From assembly GCA_030141605.1 (NCBI GenBank), contig JAQGDQ010000102.1, forward strand, positions 167,676 to 231,675: DNA of 64,000 nucleotides, given 5' to 3'. Position numbers and translations under genes: made by a program. The notes beneath the pieces were generated by a model. The model saw only the letters and a program-made list of their open reading frames with translations. It was not told where the DNA came from and searched no databases. The DNA comes from Tubiluchus corallicola. Its lineage: Eukaryota; Animalia; Priapulida. Shown here in pieces: positions 28,189-39,566 of this stretch; the first letter of the stretch is position 1, and the number at the start of each line of letters is the position of its first letter.

Positions 28189-31100
28189 GGCTGTTGTTGT
28201 CATCATCAGCAATTCTCCTGTCATCAATTCCGGTTATCATTTTTTGTGATATCATGTAACTAAGATGGTTTCATTGTGAAATTTTATTATCGTCATGAGC
28301 ACTAATCCAAATATAACATTTAATGCAGCAGTTTTATATTGTTTTACGCTTTTTGAACCTTTAATTAAAATTCCTGCTGTGAAAAAGCTTAAAACTTTAA
28401 CCTGTTTGTTTTGCAGCTGTTCAAGTTTTTGTTCATGACTAGGATTAGTGAAAGTGTGATGTCTAAATTTAACCTCTTTTGATAACAGAAAACTTGTTAA
28501 GGTGTTTTTCATTTACAGGAGTTCTACCTGGTAATATGGCAGCCCATCAACTGTTAACAGCTATCAAGAACAAATGCACGCCAGAAGAAGCACTAGTTGT
28601 TTTAAAAACGGTGCCAATTTCCAAGAAGACAGACGGTATTCTTTATTCTAGTTGCAATATTTAAAATATTTTTCATAATTTCACAACCGTGTTTTTCTAT
28701 TGAAAAAATGTGGACAAGTTAGTTGGTTTGTTAGACAATTTGGCAAACTCCAAACTAGAATTCAGATTCATTGAAAGGCCTTGTTCAACCCGATGCTTGT
28801 GGTGTGGAGCCTACTCAATCCAATGTTTGTAGTGCGATCAGAACATTGCTCACTATTGAAAACACAAATCCCTATGTTGAATTTGTGAACCAGCTAAGGA
28901 ATCGTGGTCATGTACGGTTCTGAACACTCTCTGCAAGGTAAAAGGCCAGAATCAGCACGGCAAAGGAAACCTCTCAGCTCGAGTATCGAAGCGGTTCACG
29001 CATCCGTTCACTAGTCAGCTTCAGTGGCATTCTTAATTTCACTCGCCAAGCACATGCCTTAACGACTCAGCTATTCATTTCTTCTTGAAGGAATCCTACT
29101 ATTGTGATTAGTAAAAAAATTTGCGTTCAGTTTATCTCGTTTGCCAGCGATCATTCGTGTTCCTAACTTTTTTTTTACATATTTATCATTAGACAGCTTG
29201 TTTAATCCATTGAAGATAGATGTTTTTGTGACAACACTACTTTTCCTGGGAAGCAAATCATTCAGTCACGCCTTTGCGGGAATTGCAAAGTATGTATTAT
29301 ATAATTAATTGTGTGCTTGCAAACCAAAATCGTCCATAAGTCGGCTTAGTTAAAACTACTACACCAAACGCGGCAGGGGTACGGCATGATGCTTCAAAGT
29401 AGAACACATCAAAAATTTGGTCAAATGTCAATTTTTGTTTCTCATAAAAACAAACGCTAAATATATTGGACTTTTTTATTCTAGCATCACATTATGAAAA
29501 TGTTCAAAAGGTACTAAAAATCTAATTTTATAACCCCATACCACTTTTCTGGCTAGAAACTAGTAATTGTAAAAAAAGCTTGTATTTTCCAACTCGTGTA
29601 GTAGCTTGTGGAAGCAGTCATTTTACTTCTCTGTCTGGCTTTTTCTGTTGCCAAGCCACTGGGCTTAAATATGACATCATTGTGTTCTTGCAAAGTCCAT
29701 AGTAACCAACATTTGTGCGGTTGCTAAGTGTTTTGTAGAAATGCAGCAAAAAACAATGGCTAACTTTAGCAGCGATTTTCTCAAGGTTATATTTTTCAGA
29801 GCATAGCCTGCACCTCAACTTCAAAGTGGATTAATTCAGCTTTGAAATAACATAGAGTGACGAACTTGGTATCAAAACGCCATGGTTTCGGTGGAATGGA
29901 AATTCAGAATATGTGAATAACTAGAAAAGCTTACTTGCTGACTTACGGACGATTTTGCTATGCAAGCACACAATTGACATTTTAATATATTACAAATTCG
30001 GAGTGAAAATTTGCAAATTGGAAGCAGCGACCTTTTGACTGAATTTAACTGCTTCTTATTTTCGTTGTTTTGTCAGTGAAAGTCCAAACTCTTGTATACG
30101 AATGAGAAATTTGTATCGAAACTTCTTCATATGAAAGTAGCAAAATGAGGTGAAATTTGAACTATTTTTCTTCCAGGTTTCATTACATATTCAAAGCTTT
30201 GGCAGAAGTGGAGGAAGCACAGATCTGTATTCTACGCAGCATGTACGAGGTGTGGACTAATCACCCACAGGTACAGTACAAATCACCAATATTTCTTATA
30301 CAGTAAGTCCTCGCTTAATGACACTAATACGTTCCAGCAAAACACGACGTTAAGCAAAACCTTGTTAATCAAAGTCAAGACTTCCATAGAAAGTAATGTA
30401 AAAGAATTCAGATAGTTCCAGAGGCAAAAATCAATGCTTGTTAAATCATACAACTTAGACATTTTATGAGTTTTATTCATATTTCTACTGATTAATTTCG
30501 TTCTGCTTGCCTGAATCCACTTATATATCTTAACTACGGTTACCTAGCTATAGTGGTTTCTCTTTAGTTAACATTTAAGCCTAGGTAGAGGTTAAACAAT
30601 AAACAGTTCAGAGTCAAAGCCAAGCCCCGGGTAACTTTGGGAATTTTATTTAGACACTTAGTCTGGTTGCTATAGCAACAGGTTGCACACTTGAAGTTTT
30701 CTGGCAGGTTTCACTTTATATAAACGGCTGGCATTTAGTAGTCAGTTGAGAAGTAAAAACTTGTATAGTAAATACATTTGTTTACATTACTAGTATATTT
30801 TTAGAACGGAATAATGCAGTAAGTTTTAATGTATCAAATTAGGTAGAAATTTTGTTGCTAAAATCAAAATTTGCCTTGAGCAAAGTATAAAAGGAGCATC
30901 ATTAAAGTGAAACATGCGTTGTTAAGTGAAAAAAGTCTCGTAATGTCATCATCATTAAAATGAAGGTCTTTAACTGGGAGTCTTTAAGCGAGCTGCTTCA
31001 ATACTGAGAAAGTGTTGTACCTGGTAGATGCAGCCATATTCATACAGTGTATGCTTACCCTTGTTCAGACAGGGAACAACTTGTTTTGAACTTTTAAACT

Positions 31101-34100
31101 TTTTGCCAAATTACAAATCATTAGGAGTAGTATTATTTGGAACAAACAAAATTTGATTCAAGCAAGTAGCTTTTAATTTTAATCAAGAATGTTGATACAT
31201 TTGTAGAAGAAAATATTAAGTTTTACCTAGATTATACTGCTTTATAATTCAGCTGCCACGTTACGAGATTTTAACTATTCGACAAGTCAACAGCAAGTTC
31301 AATGATTGTTAAAAATGGCCACTTATACAATGCAAGAACCTGCCTAACACCTAACCTAGAGCCTCATTTAGCAGCTAATTTTTGAGCCTGCAAATTAAGG
31401 TCATTCTTGTATGTAGTACCTAGTTTACCAACCAAGGATAGTAAAGACTTGGGCTCACATTCCAACAGTAAAATAGTTTTAGTTTTTCTCGGTTAGCATT
31501 GCACCACACTGGACCGTAGATTGGGTGCATAAATGTTATGCGTAGAGGCTGAAGCTGAGTCAGTTGCTACTACATCAGCTGATTCACACAGTAAATCAGC
31601 TAGCTTGGCTGAGGTTGAGTGACTTTTCAGCTGAGTTGGCTGAAAGAAAAAATCAGCTAAGTCAGCTAAAGCTGCAAATTTTCGTTAACTAAATAAGTGA
31701 AAATTGTTAGCTAACTGTTCAATTATTGAGACAAATTTTTTAAATAATTTGTACTGTTTATATGCAGAGAAAAGCTGATGTACAAGTTCAAATAATGCAT
31801 TAGAGATCAATTTTTATTATTATAAAAAAGCAATAGGTTATAGCAAATATAATTTAAATCCAACTCTTGCAGAGGCTTATCTTGATTACCGACAAATCAA
31901 TACTAAAACACCAAAATGATCCCATACATGTGACTAACATTGCCTATTTGGGTATTTAATTTTGAAATTGACCAGCTTTCTCATTCAAAAATTTCTAAAG
32001 TTTAAAACTCAAGCTATATTTTTCTTGGGAAACTCCATAAATTTACGAAAAAATGTTGCTGACCGTGAACGACTTCGTCAACAATAAACCACTAAGTAAC
32101 CTGACCGAATTTCACTGGCACTTGGGCGGTACTCTGTTCTGAAAATATTGCAGCCTTGTAAATAATAACTCAAGAATAATAAATAAATTAGTAATGGTTA
32201 AAAGATAAATAGTTAAAAGTTTCAGAAACTGTTAGCTTCATAAAATGTGTTGAATTTGAGCAACAGCCTTTTTAGCATTTAGCCATTTTTATTTTTGTCA
32301 TTTTACCAAGTTTCATGTCTGTTACTGCAGATGTTAATAGTCCTAGTCGACAAGTTCTTGAAGACCCAAATAGTGGAGTGTTCTGCTGTGGCCAACTGGA
32401 TATTCTCCAAGGATATGGCACAAGATTTTACCAAGTATGTTTGTGTAATGTGAATTCTTATTTGCTTCTGGCTGGTGATACATACTTTATACGTGTGTGT
32501 GTGTGTGTGCGTGCATGCTTGCGTGTATGAGTGCATGCATGCGTGCATGTGTGAGGGTGTGTGCATACATGCGTGCGTGCGTGTGTATGTGAGGGTGTAT
32601 GCATGCATGTGTGTGTGTCTGTATGTATATATATATATGTACAGTTTGACACCTTAAACTATCCTATGTTCTGATAATTGTGCTATAAACAGCAACACTG
32701 CTTAACGTGCTAATCTCATGAGAAATGCCGAGAGTTAGATGTAGAAAAACATGGCTGCCCTGTCCAAAACAACAATGTTATAATAATTTAATACAGTTAA
32801 TGTTTAAGATTAAAAATAATGCACTTTTATGCGAGTAAGCCAGGTAAGTACATGAATGCACAAAAAATTATAAAATTCTCGGCCGGGAACCTATTAAAAA
32901 AAATAAAAGTAGGACGGAAGCAGAAGTATTTTTATTGTACCATATTTATTTTATTAGGTACATATATGTGTATATTATGTGAACTATATGTGTGTGTGTG
33001 CGTGCGTGCGTGTGCATGTGTGTGCGTGTTTGTGTGTGTGTGCGTGCGTAATTAATAGGATCAGTTGCGTAATGTGTACGTGTGTACGTACACACACACG
33101 CACGCACGCACACACACACACACACATATGGTTAACAGGATCAGTCACCTAATTGACTCAAAAACATCTGGCACGGGCCGCTCCCAATTATTTAAATGTA
33201 TGTAAAAACTGTTGGTAATTGACTCAATATTTTTGCCTCATGTAGTTAAAATAAGGCATTCGTGTGTGATCAGAAAGCTTTTGCTACTTTTATGTCATCT
33301 TTACTTCGCTGTTGTGCACCATAAAATGGGTAGAAACTAGAGACAGTCATGTTTGCTGTGCATACTGAGCTGAAGAGTGATGACTTATGCTTTTATACCA
33401 GTAACTACTGTAACACCCATGGGCTAATAAATTCAGTCAGTTAATTGAGTCAAAACATTTCCATCCCAAGTGAGTCTGTTAAGCAGCACCTACTGTATTT
33501 GTGTGAGTGCGTGTATATACATTTATATTTATATATGTTTTATAACATAGGAATTGGATGCAAATGTTTATATCATTTATTGGTGAGCTGCAGTTGATAA
33601 CGGAAGTGGATATCAAAAAGTTAATTAGGCAGTGGCCTCACATTTTTTTAGAACAACCCTTTGTCTTGAAAAAATTACAAAATAAAAACGGAAATAAAAA
33701 TAGTTTTTATAACCAATTTTTACTATAGATAAAATAGTTTGCTTTCACGTGTATGTTTTCGCTTTTATTATTTATTTAGTTTTTGACTGAAAGCTAAAAT
33801 TACTGCATAGAATCATAATTCTTTTGTCAACATATGTCAACTTATTTTCACTGATATTTTTTTGTTACTTTAGTTTCATTTTGGTTGCATTTTGCATGAA
33901 TAAATGACATGTTTCTCTGTATCAAAAAATTACTAAACTTTCTTTGATCATTTGACTTTATAGATTCTATATCTGGGAGATTATGCACTCCACTATAAAG
34001 CGGATGACAAAACAAGTGGAGAAACTGCGTAAAGAAGTGGATGAGGCACAGGATAAGATTGAAACAATTGCTCGTAAAAAGGTAAGGTAACTACGCTGGC

Positions 34101-36910
34101 CACAAAAATGTCAGCAGGGAGGTAGGACTTTTTTAAACCTTTGTGAATGTTTAAAGCTAAATCGTGAAATATTTAAAATCAGTTTATATCAAAGTTTGTT
34201 TTTTATCTCACTGGTTGGAAATAACGTTTTAAACTTTTCAGTGCAGATTTTTTCACACTTCATTGTTTAGTTTTTCGTTTGCATTACTAAACTATCGTAT
34301 AGTTCCCTTTTTGTACGGTATAAAATCTGAAATTATTGTAAATTCTAGTAATTGTGATATAAACAGCAACACTGCTCTGTGTGAATGACAACGTCGTGAG
34401 AAATGGTGAGAGTTATCTGTCGAGAAACATGGCTGTCCTCTCTGAAACAACAATGTTATAATAATTTATTATGTTGTATGTTTGAGATTAAAAATATTAC
34501 ACTTTTATATGACTACGCTAAATAAGTATATGAATGCACGAAAAATTATAAAATTCTCAGCCGGGCATATGATGAAAAAAATTACCCGTTAAATTAGACG
34601 AAAGCAAAAGTATTTTTATGGCCTTAAGTGCACAACATGCAATTAATATGCCATCTATTATAGTTAAAGGCATTTCGTGATATCTGATGTTTCCTGGTAT
34701 TGTTTATATATTTTTTCACTTTATAAGTATTTAACTGATTGTACCTAGCAGCTGATAGTAAAAGCCAAGTTCTGCCAAGTTAAACTAACTAAACTGTACT
34801 CCTCATAACCTCTGCCAGCTGAGAAACATGATTGTCGTTCATGCTGCATTTAGTTGGTATTAGATTCACTTCTGCCAAGCTATTTAAAACAAGTACAAGA
34901 AATTCTTACCAGCTCTACTTGTTTTTATGCAAAAATAAGTAATTCACATTTCTGTTAGCGTGATATATGTTTTGTTATTTTCGATAATTAATATTTTCCC
35001 AATTGATTTTTCAGGAAGCAGGTTTGGATGTTGATGATCTGGATTTACCTACAGAGGAGATGCTGGAAAGGATGGAAGAGAGGTTGGAAGCTGCGCAGAG
35101 TCAACAGAAAAGTCTTTTTCTCATAATATTTCAGGTAATAGTTGATTTCCCCTCGTCTTTGAGATTATTCAGTGACACAAATGAAGTTTAATAAAAGCTG
35201 CAAAAACGTTAAATTTACAAAGAATCAATCAGTGAACGCAAATCTTTGACTTGTCTTGTCGTGGCTGTACAAAGAGCCATAGTTAATACTGCATTTGCCT
35301 TTCATTATGCTAGTTGCTGCATTTATAATGCAGTGCATGACGTGTACTAACTATTAATACTTTGTGTCATACTGATTGTATTTTTATTGTGAAGTGTCAC
35401 CTCTATTATAAAGCACATTCATATATAATGTTCATAAATTTCCATATTTTGAAGGCTGCCACTTTCAGTTGTAGTGAATTATCTTTGAAGCTAACATTTT
35501 CTTGAATTTTTTCAGCGTTTCATTATCATATTAACTGAGCATTTGGTAAAGTGTGAAGCAAGTCATGTTGACTACCAGACTCCATGGTATAAGTGGTGTG
35601 TAGGACGACTACTGGAAGTTTTTCTGCAGGTTAGTTATATTAGTACTGGCAAAAACATACATGTTTAGAAAATTTAATATTCAGAACAACATAACTGCTA
35701 GCATCTCGGAATTTAAATTTTTCTTTTTTATCACGAAAACTGAAACACCACATAAATGCATAGCTTTAAATAAGAACTCTTAAGATATGCGACTGATTTT
35801 CTCAAAATGTACAAAAACAGTATCGGTTTCAACTGTGCAGATTATTGTCATTATTATTATTATTATTATTATTTTGTTGCCTCTATTTGTAAGTACAATT
35901 CATTACAACATGGTTTACATTCTCAATATACATAATATCACATACGTTTCACAATATTAATTTTAACACGTTCTAATATTGCTGCTAGTTCTACACGGTA
36001 TCACATTTAAAATCTTTGTCAGTAACTTCACAAAAATAAAAAATAAAATTAGTTTACTCCACTTCATTAAATTTTTCATTTTATTCATCCCAACTGTAAG
36101 CAAAACTACAATTGGCAACACTGTGGACGTTTGTAAGGTTGTTGCTGTTGTCTGATTAGCAATGGACAATCTTTCTTGACATCTCACATGAAACAAGTAA
36201 GCTGGGAGCTCTTTAGTTCACACTTGTATTGTTCCAAGGTCCAAACCATGTAGAAATCAATGTTAATTTCCTCTGTAAACACAAGCAAATTACATAAGAT
36301 TACTAGAGTGATTCCATGTCGACTTTTTTTACAAAACAAGTGTTTAATAGACGTTGTCCATTAGAATAGCATTCAAATTAACTTTTGACCAATAAATATA
36401 TGCATTATGTAAACACACAAACATGTATTTTTGTTTGTTTCATGTCATTAATCATAGAAGCTGTCTGTAAAAGCTACACTAGCTAGTTTTTTATCAATAA
36501 CACAATAATTAATGAAGCATAAGCTTGCTTCATTTGTAAAAGCACACAGTGGACTAGGTTTTACACATCTCATCCACTGAGAAATGTTTTTTAATCTTGT
36601 CACCATAATTTTGCACATTTTCAGTGACTCACTCGTATCACATAGGATTAATTTTGTTCCTTGTCTTTACTGTTGATTAAGCTCAGCATTTAACCATTCA
36701 TAAGCTCGAGAAAACTAAACATGGGACTTTAGCATATCCAAGTGTTGTTTAGTTACCTGATTTGTTTACATTGTTTATTTGTTTGTTTGTTTACAGCATC
36801 ATGATCAAGTGTTCAAGTATATAAGTACCCTAGAAACGCTTTTGTTTACAAGTGATATAGACCTCCACATTCTTGAAGTTTTTCAACAGTTTTGTTCTTT
36901 GCGGTCGTGA
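7268..36910 (+). CDS. NCBP1: Nuclear cap-binding protein subunit 1 (CBP80), complete, 23 coding exons, 783 aa
   Basis: Exons: 7268-7301, 9736-9821, 10282-10382, 12529-12613, 13670-13741, 14716-14823, 15510-15631, 15908-15977, 17652-17867, 19000-19097, 20262-20325, 21294-21404, 24916-24980, 26012-26149, 27167-27270, 28519-28635, 29193-29289, 30177-30270, 32331-32434, 33964-34081, 35015-35134, 35516-35629, 36797-36910. Sum 2352 nt, all GT-AG, phases consistent. Peptides [67 protein letters not shown] and [12 protein letters not shown] match CBP80. Confidence 0.97.
9013..9657. mobile_element. Non-autonomous DNA transposon, TIR GTGTGCTTGCA, 4-bp TSD ATAT (Sola-like), copy 1
   Basis: ATAT|GTGTGCTTGCA...TGCAAGCACAC|ATAT. 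Homologous along its length to 29311-29971. Confidence 0.85.
11073..11215. repeat. Degenerate (GAT)n microsatellite
   Basis: GATGATGAT runs, which explain the poly-Asp ORF 11042-11230. Confidence 0.9.
20553..21157. mobile_element. hAT-type MITE
   Basis: TIR CAGTGGCATAGC...GCTACGCCTCTG, with 8-bp TSD ATATTTAC/ATATTTGC. Confidence 0.8.
21467..22174. mobile_element. Tc1/mariner-pogo (Tigger-like) MITE, copy 1
   Basis: TA|CAGTAGGTCCTCGC...GCGAGGACTTACTG|TA. A related copy is at 30301-30992. Confidence 0.85.
22222..24560. repeat. 39-bp minisatellite (TTTGTTATTAGTGCTTGCTACTAGTGCTTCTTACTATCG), about 2.3 kb, with 27-bp deletion variants
   Basis: Directly visible. It produces the spurious [13 protein letters not shown] ORFs. 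Confidence 0.97.
25545..25758. repeat. Fold-back inverted repeat built from head-to-head tRNA-derived SINE-like pieces
   Basis: Outer arms 25545-25573 / 25730-25758 are 28/29 complementary. The centre is a perfect palindrome CTTCTGCTTACAAGGC-A-GCCTTGTAAGCAGAAG, with B-box-like GGTTCAAAT motifs nearby. Confidence 0.75.
26316..26661. mobile_element. hAT-type MITE
   Basis: Termini CAGGGCCAAATTAT...ATTATCCTGCCCTG with GGGGCC/GGCCCC subterminal motifs. Confidence 0.55.
27320..28156. mobile_element. Tc1/pogo-like MITE remnant; related shorter copy at about 33140-33496
   Basis: Shared blocks AATTGACTCAAAA...AAAACTGTTGGT and GTGAGT..GTTAA.CAGC.CCTACTG|TA occur in both copies. Confidence 0.6.
29311..29971. 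mobile_element. Non-autonomous DNA transposon, TIR GTGTGCTTGCA, 4-bp TSD AATT (Sola-like), copy 2
   Basis: AATT|GTGTGCTTGCA...TGCAAGCACAC|AATT. Confidence 0.85.
30301..30992. mobile_element. Tc1/mariner-pogo (Tigger-like) MITE, copy 2 (right end decayed)
   Basis: Begins TA|CAGTAAGTCCTCGC and is colinear with 21467-22174. Confidence 0.8.
32482..33126. repeat. (GT)n/(CA)n microsatellite clusters flanking a dispersed repeat (32675-32940, related to 34350-34620)
   Basis: GT/GC dinucleotide runs are visible. The block AATTGTG.TATAAACAGCAACACTGC...AAAAATTATAAAATTCTC is shared between the two locations. Confidence 0.8.
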
Positions 36911-37967
36911 GCACCTGATTACCAAAGATTTCGTCTACTGCTAATTTTCACAATCGTGCATTTTTGATACTGTAGTGCTAGCAGTGGGTCCTCTACAGAA
37001 AACCTTATTATCGCGTTTTCACCTGCCAGAGATGTGATACGGGGCAAAATTCTGTGCATTCAAAATTGTATTTAATTATTCTGTGTCACACGTGTTCAAG
37101 TTTAAGAAAAATTGGCAAATTTTTCAATGTTTTTCTTTAATTATTGACCGAAAAAGTGAATTTTATAAGCGTCACTTGAAGTTCATTGGTACACAGCATA
37201 TTTGTGTAAATTTGTTTATTGTGACCTTTTACATGCACATGATTTCAGAATTGTTGTGCACTTCTAGAATGCACGCCTAAAGATGTTTTTCTTAGTGCTG
37301 ATAAGGTGAAATACATTTTGTTAATTTAAATATTATCAGTTTCATTTTTAATAGAAAAGTTACTCTTACCAACTTGTATCATCTGGAATACTGCACACTT
37401 CTTACATGTTCAGCAGTTGTAATTTGACTGAAAGCTTTCATCTCTTAAGCATTGGCATTCCAAAAATTTGACCAACTAATAATCCACTCGAAAAATTATT
37501 TTTGGTTTTTGTTGTTCAACTCTGAATGGTTGTGTGTGTGTCTCCACTGTTGTTTAACCAAATTTTAACTAGTAACAGTTATTGAGATAATTGGATGTAG
37601 TTGACAGACTCATTGCTATAATCATGTAATGTCGTCATTAAGCTCATGTTGTCATGTTTGAATCCATCATATTTTGTTTTCTGCAATTATTGTAACATCT
37701 TTTCTGAAACAATAATAACATAACGTAATGGCATATAACATTTTTTTACGATTATCAGTGAGCCGATGATTTGCATTAAACATGAAGCTTTCAGTATGAT
37801 AATTTTTGCAAATGCCTCCACAGCTTTTGTAAATTAATTTTGGGAAAGCTTGACTAGAACCAGTTAACCATATTACCTTTACTTTGTTGATTATGTTATC
37901 CATACATTGAAGGCAACTGTATTACTTTTCCATTTTTTGATTATGTCGTGTAACAGCAATTTGTGTC

Positions 37968-37973
37968 AATAAA
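37968..37973 (+). terminator. Candidate NCBP1 polyadenylation signal AATAAA
   Basis: First AATAAA I found after the NCBP1 stop, about 1.06 kb downstream, followed by T/GT-rich sequence. Confidence 0.55.
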
Positions 37974-38026
37974 CAACTTGTATGCTACAACATGATCACT
38001 TTTGTGAATTTTATACTTTTGCTTAA

Positions 38027-38290
38027 TGCTAGTGCTCTCATAGCTAGCCATAACCATAAGTAACTATCTATGCTAGTGCTCTCATAGCTAGCCATAACCA
38101 TAATTAACTATCTATGCTAGTGCTCTCATAGCTAGCCATAACCATAAGTAACTATCTATGCTAGTGCTCTCATAGCTAGCCATAACCATAAGTAACTATC
38201 TATGCTAGTGCTCTCATAGCTAGCCATAACCATAAGTAACTATCTATGCTAGTGCTCTCATAGCTAGCCATAACCATGATTAACTATCTA
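38027..38290. repeat. 44-bp tandem repeat x6 (TGCTAGTGCTCTCATAGCTAGCCATAACCATAAGTAACTATCTA)
   Basis: Six near-identical units lying between the convergent NCBP1 and CNOT4 3' ends. Confidence 0.95.
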
Positions 38291-38842
38291 ATTCTAAGTT
38301 GGTCACACAGACATTAGATGGGAGGTCTTAACTTTTTTTTGAGTTATTTCTGAAACTCTGCTTCTGTACCTTCCCTTCCCACTGCTTGCATGGAACACCT
38401 GTCATCTTCACGAGTTTAACAACAGTAACTTCTTTTGTTATAGCACTATCACTTGTAGCCTGTCTTTCAGTAATATCGAGATTTTATACCAAATATGCAG
38501 TCTCATGTGGGCCACAACCATTTACAACAAGGTGGCCTACAAATTTTTATTCTTAATATTAGAGCCACTTAATATAAATAAACTGTAAAGTGTTCAACAC
38601 AGTTTATACAGAAGTTGCTTACAGTAGACTAATGTATACAACATTTTGACCAAAGATGCGCCTGGATTGCTGTTATCCAGGCACGCTTAAACTAAAGAAA
38701 AGCCGTTATGCCTCAGTATAAAAACATGTACACCACCAATAGGAGCCCCATTTTAGCCATACGCAACTAGTCAACCAAAAATGGTTTAGCCAATCAGAGG
38801 CTGGAATTTTTCCTAATATTGGACGAACAACATTACATGTAT

Positions 38843-38848
38843 TTTATT
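38843..38848 (-). terminator. Candidate CNOT4 polyadenylation signal AATAAA
   Basis: TTTATT on the + strand, followed on the minus strand by GT-rich sequence. Alternatives are at 39271 and 38546. Confidence 0.4.
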
Positions 38849-39566
38849 CGGAATTATTACGTATTGGATGTACATTTCATAATTAATAGGAATATTACAA
38901 GCATTAACAATATAGCCAGCTATCAGACCTGTACAGGCTGAACGTTACACAGTTACAACTTGACAACTTTTCTGTTAAGACTTGATCAAACCATGCTATA
39001 TCTGCCTTTATAATGGCAACCTCACTTAACACCAATATTTTTTGCAAAACAAAGTTTCGATCTTTGCAAAGGCATTTATACATTAAAGTACCTTGTTATA
39101 ATGCCAAACAAACCAGAGACCATTTTTTCTTGCAGTCCCAAAGTAGGCCGCATAAAAAAGGTTCACTGTAATTTAAAAAGCACGAAGCTATTACTGATTG
39201 TGACATGTATTAATGTGCATGACAGAAAAGCTGTTAGAACACAATATTTCATAACAACAACTTGCGCCAGTTTATTTAATAAGACTTCAATGCAGCAACA
39301 AGCATCTACTATTTGCAAAATGGTTTCTGTGAAATGTAACTATTCATTATTTCAAGCAAATCTTTTGAAATCAACATTATAACCACCAAATCTTTCTAAA
39401 GAAAATTAAATAAGGATTTCACTATAATTAACACAAAAATCAACTCTGGTGTTTTTGAAATATCTAACGAAACAAAACCTGGTAGCACATTAAAATAAGC
39501 TCTGTTGAGTTTTTAGTATAGCTTTCACCACAGCATCCCAGAAATGAGCTGCATTCGCTAAATTTT

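Noticed and set aside
28636-29192. Second possible U12 intron in NCBP1 (donor GTATTCTTT, TTCCTAAC near the 3' end)
   Set aside because: The donor mismatches the highly conserved +5 C. The branch-like motif is 25 nt from the AG and is followed by a poly-T tract, so U2-type is more likely.
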